A DNA stretch of 64,000 bases, from contig OZ249436.1 of NCBI GenBank assembly GCA_965235115.1, positions 46,936,001-47,000,000 of the forward strand. Direction: 5' to 3'. The position numbers and the translations under genes are program-made. Source of the DNA: Laetmonice hystrix. Taxonomy: Eukaryota. Every line of letters begins with the position of its first letter. Position 1 is the stretch's first letter. This document shows positions 62,192 to 64,000 of the stretch, piece by piece. The notes under the pieces were generated by a model. That model was not told the DNA's origin. It made no database searches and worked only from the letters and a program-made list of their open reading frames with translations.

Positions 62192-62594
62192 GTGAGTAAG
62201 GAACTAGGCTGGAAACTGTGCGCGCCGCCTAGTGGCATGAATGCGAGTTAAACCCTTACATTGGGAGCCCAGTGGGTCTATCCCTATCATGATAGGGATA
62301 AACTCGCGAAAGGGAACTACTATCAATTATATTTATTCTTACATCGGCGTTGTCATGTGAGCCACAGTGCTATGAAGATAGATATTAAATCTATATCGAA
62401 GGTTGTTCTTTTACCTGGCTACGAACGATGAGATAATTAAAGAACGATCTATAGGGTTTTAGGTTCCACAATCTTCTCTCCACTTTAGATTTTTGGTTTT
62501 GATTTTTGAAATACACAGCTTATTGATAATAATAATATGACAGTAGACTCTAATTAGTGTCGTATTAATTAAGCTGTTATTTTTTCCGACCCAG

Positions 62595-62775
62595 AGCTTT
62601 CTGACGTGGACAGAGAGTAACGTGATCCCACAGTTCGGAATCGCGAAAGGAAATCGAATCGTGGACGTCATGTCCAACATTGACCACAGTCTCTTACTAA
62701 CCGCCTTCAATGTACGACCAGCCCAGACGTATGCTGTCGTTAGCTACAACCAGTACCTCCAACCCTCGCTCAGAG
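62595..62775 (+). CDS. LRP-like receptor exon (end of propeller 2)
   Basis: SFLTWTE...YNQYLQPSLR. acccag acceptor in phase 0, G|gtcggt donor in phase 1. Confidence 0.82.
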
Positions 62776-62829
62776 GTCGGTTCCCACGGTCTTCAACTTC
62801 AGAGGCCATTCTTGGCGGTGGAGGAGGGG

Positions 62830-63098
62830 GCTGACCATTGGATGCGCCCGGAGGGGGGGGGGGGCTATGTTTTTTCTTCACAAGCAAACTTTTTTATCCC
62901 ATGCCAAAACTACCGATTTTTTCACCATGAAAATTGATCTTTATTTCCAGTTTACACAAAACACACATTTTCGATTTTTTGGTTCGATGAACATTTATTT
63001 TTTGCTACAATGTCATGTGTGGTGAGGTAAACCTTTTTTTCTCCTCATTATTTGATATTTTTAAAAAAACATAGATTTCCGGCTATCGAATGGTCAGC
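62830..63098. mobile_element. MITE with terminal inverted repeats (probably Harbinger-like), intronic
   Basis: GCTGACCATTGGAT / ATCGAATGGTCAGC (13/14), plus inner CTATGTTTTTT / AAAAAACATAG. Confidence 0.6.
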
Positions 63099-63337
63099 AA
63101 ATTCTAAACAATTTCCAATCCTACCTCTCTCGGAAATAGAGCGGCCTATAATTGCGAAGTAACTAATAAACATGTTATATGCCAGGCTTTTTAAAATCTA
63201 AATTACCCAGGAGCGTCTATCTCAAGTGCCATACTATAATGCCGCAGTTATTTGTTGCTAAAAGACTTAAACTACTTCGCTTCGACCTCGTACTAATTAT
63301 TCAACTAACCGGAAATGAACTGTGTCTCATCCCCCAG

Positions 63338-63454
63338 GTCCCTGCGTTGATAACGGCGACTGTCAGCAGTTATGTTTCCCAACACCAGAGGGCCACACGT
63401 GTGGTTGCGCCATCGGTTACAAACTCAACCCGGACGGCAAAGCCTGCGATACCG
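63338..63454 (+). CDS. LRP-like receptor exon (EGF-like domain 2); gene continues beyond the window
   Basis: GPCVDNGDCQQLCFPTPEGHTCGCAIGYKLNPDGKACDT. cccccag acceptor, G|gtaggg donor. Confidence 0.94.
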
Positions 63455-64000
63455 GTAGGGGTCATAGTGTCTAGCAGGCAGACAGACTGACCAGGAGTCT
63501 GGGCCACCTACCAGATTTGAAAAATTAATAGACCCCCCCCCAAAGTTAATAGACCCCCCTAAAAAAATTAAAAGACTCTAAAAAAAAAACCTGCGGGCAG
63601 CGGGACAATATGGTTAAAAAGAGCCAAGTTGATTTTTATTTATATAAGACAAACCCATTGTGATCGACAACCCTAAACCTATACCTTCAGATAGCGCCAC
63701 TATTATGATTTGTCACATGCTGCGGTTTCTTATTTTCCAGGCGGCAATGTAGCTCGCAACTGGCCAGGTATTTTGTGAAGCCCTGTACAGTAGTAATGTG
63801 TTAATTGTGGTTGTTGTGGTTTGTGTGCACCCTGGATTTATTTACAACTGTGTTTATTGAAGGTTATGTATATTTAGGAGTAAGGTTTACCATTAATATA
63901 ATTTTGGTTGTGGATGAAGCCCTGAGCTAGAAAGAAAGAACAAACAACGCTTTTAGTAAAGTGATAGAGGATCGTGTTAGCCTGTAGGACAGTTATAGGC

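Noticed and set aside
25920..63454. Assigning the symbol LRP4, LRP5 or LRP6
   Set aside because: The domain family is clear, but orthology cannot be determined from this divergent partial sequence without a phylogeny.

Overview
Eukaryotic genomic DNA, not prokaryotic: it has spliceosomal introns, SINEs, MITEs and CTCF-like motifs, and most likely comes from a bilaterian invertebrate (species not determinable here). Two protein-coding genes are well supported, both on the + strand. (1) An MTHFD2-type methylenetetrahydrofolate dehydrogenase/cyclohydrolase with four firm coding exons at 7096-9560 and two phase-compatible candidate first exons. (2) The 5' part of an LDL-receptor-family (LRP-like) gene, read as signal peptide - YWTD propeller - EGF - YWTD propeller - EGF, which runs off the right edge. 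Its signal-peptide exon (ending 26100) is separated from the next recognisable exon (57694) by an apparent ~31.6 kb intron. About 40% of that intron is tandem repeat, including a 7.5 kb two-unit satellite with higher-order structure. The rest of the window holds Kolobok-, Harbinger-, hAT- and CMC-like non-autonomous elements, a Tc1 transposase relic and tRNA-derived SINEs. I found no convincing new protein-based system; the very long ORFs at 41-49 kb are satellite artefacts. The most interesting signals are non-coding: oriented CTCF-like clusters around MTHFD2, hairpin-cored minisatellites (one with a compensatory change), a duplicated decoy splice acceptor, a GC-AG intron and possible alternative first exons. 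Exon coordinates were worked out by hand; repeat boundaries and copy numbers are approximate.
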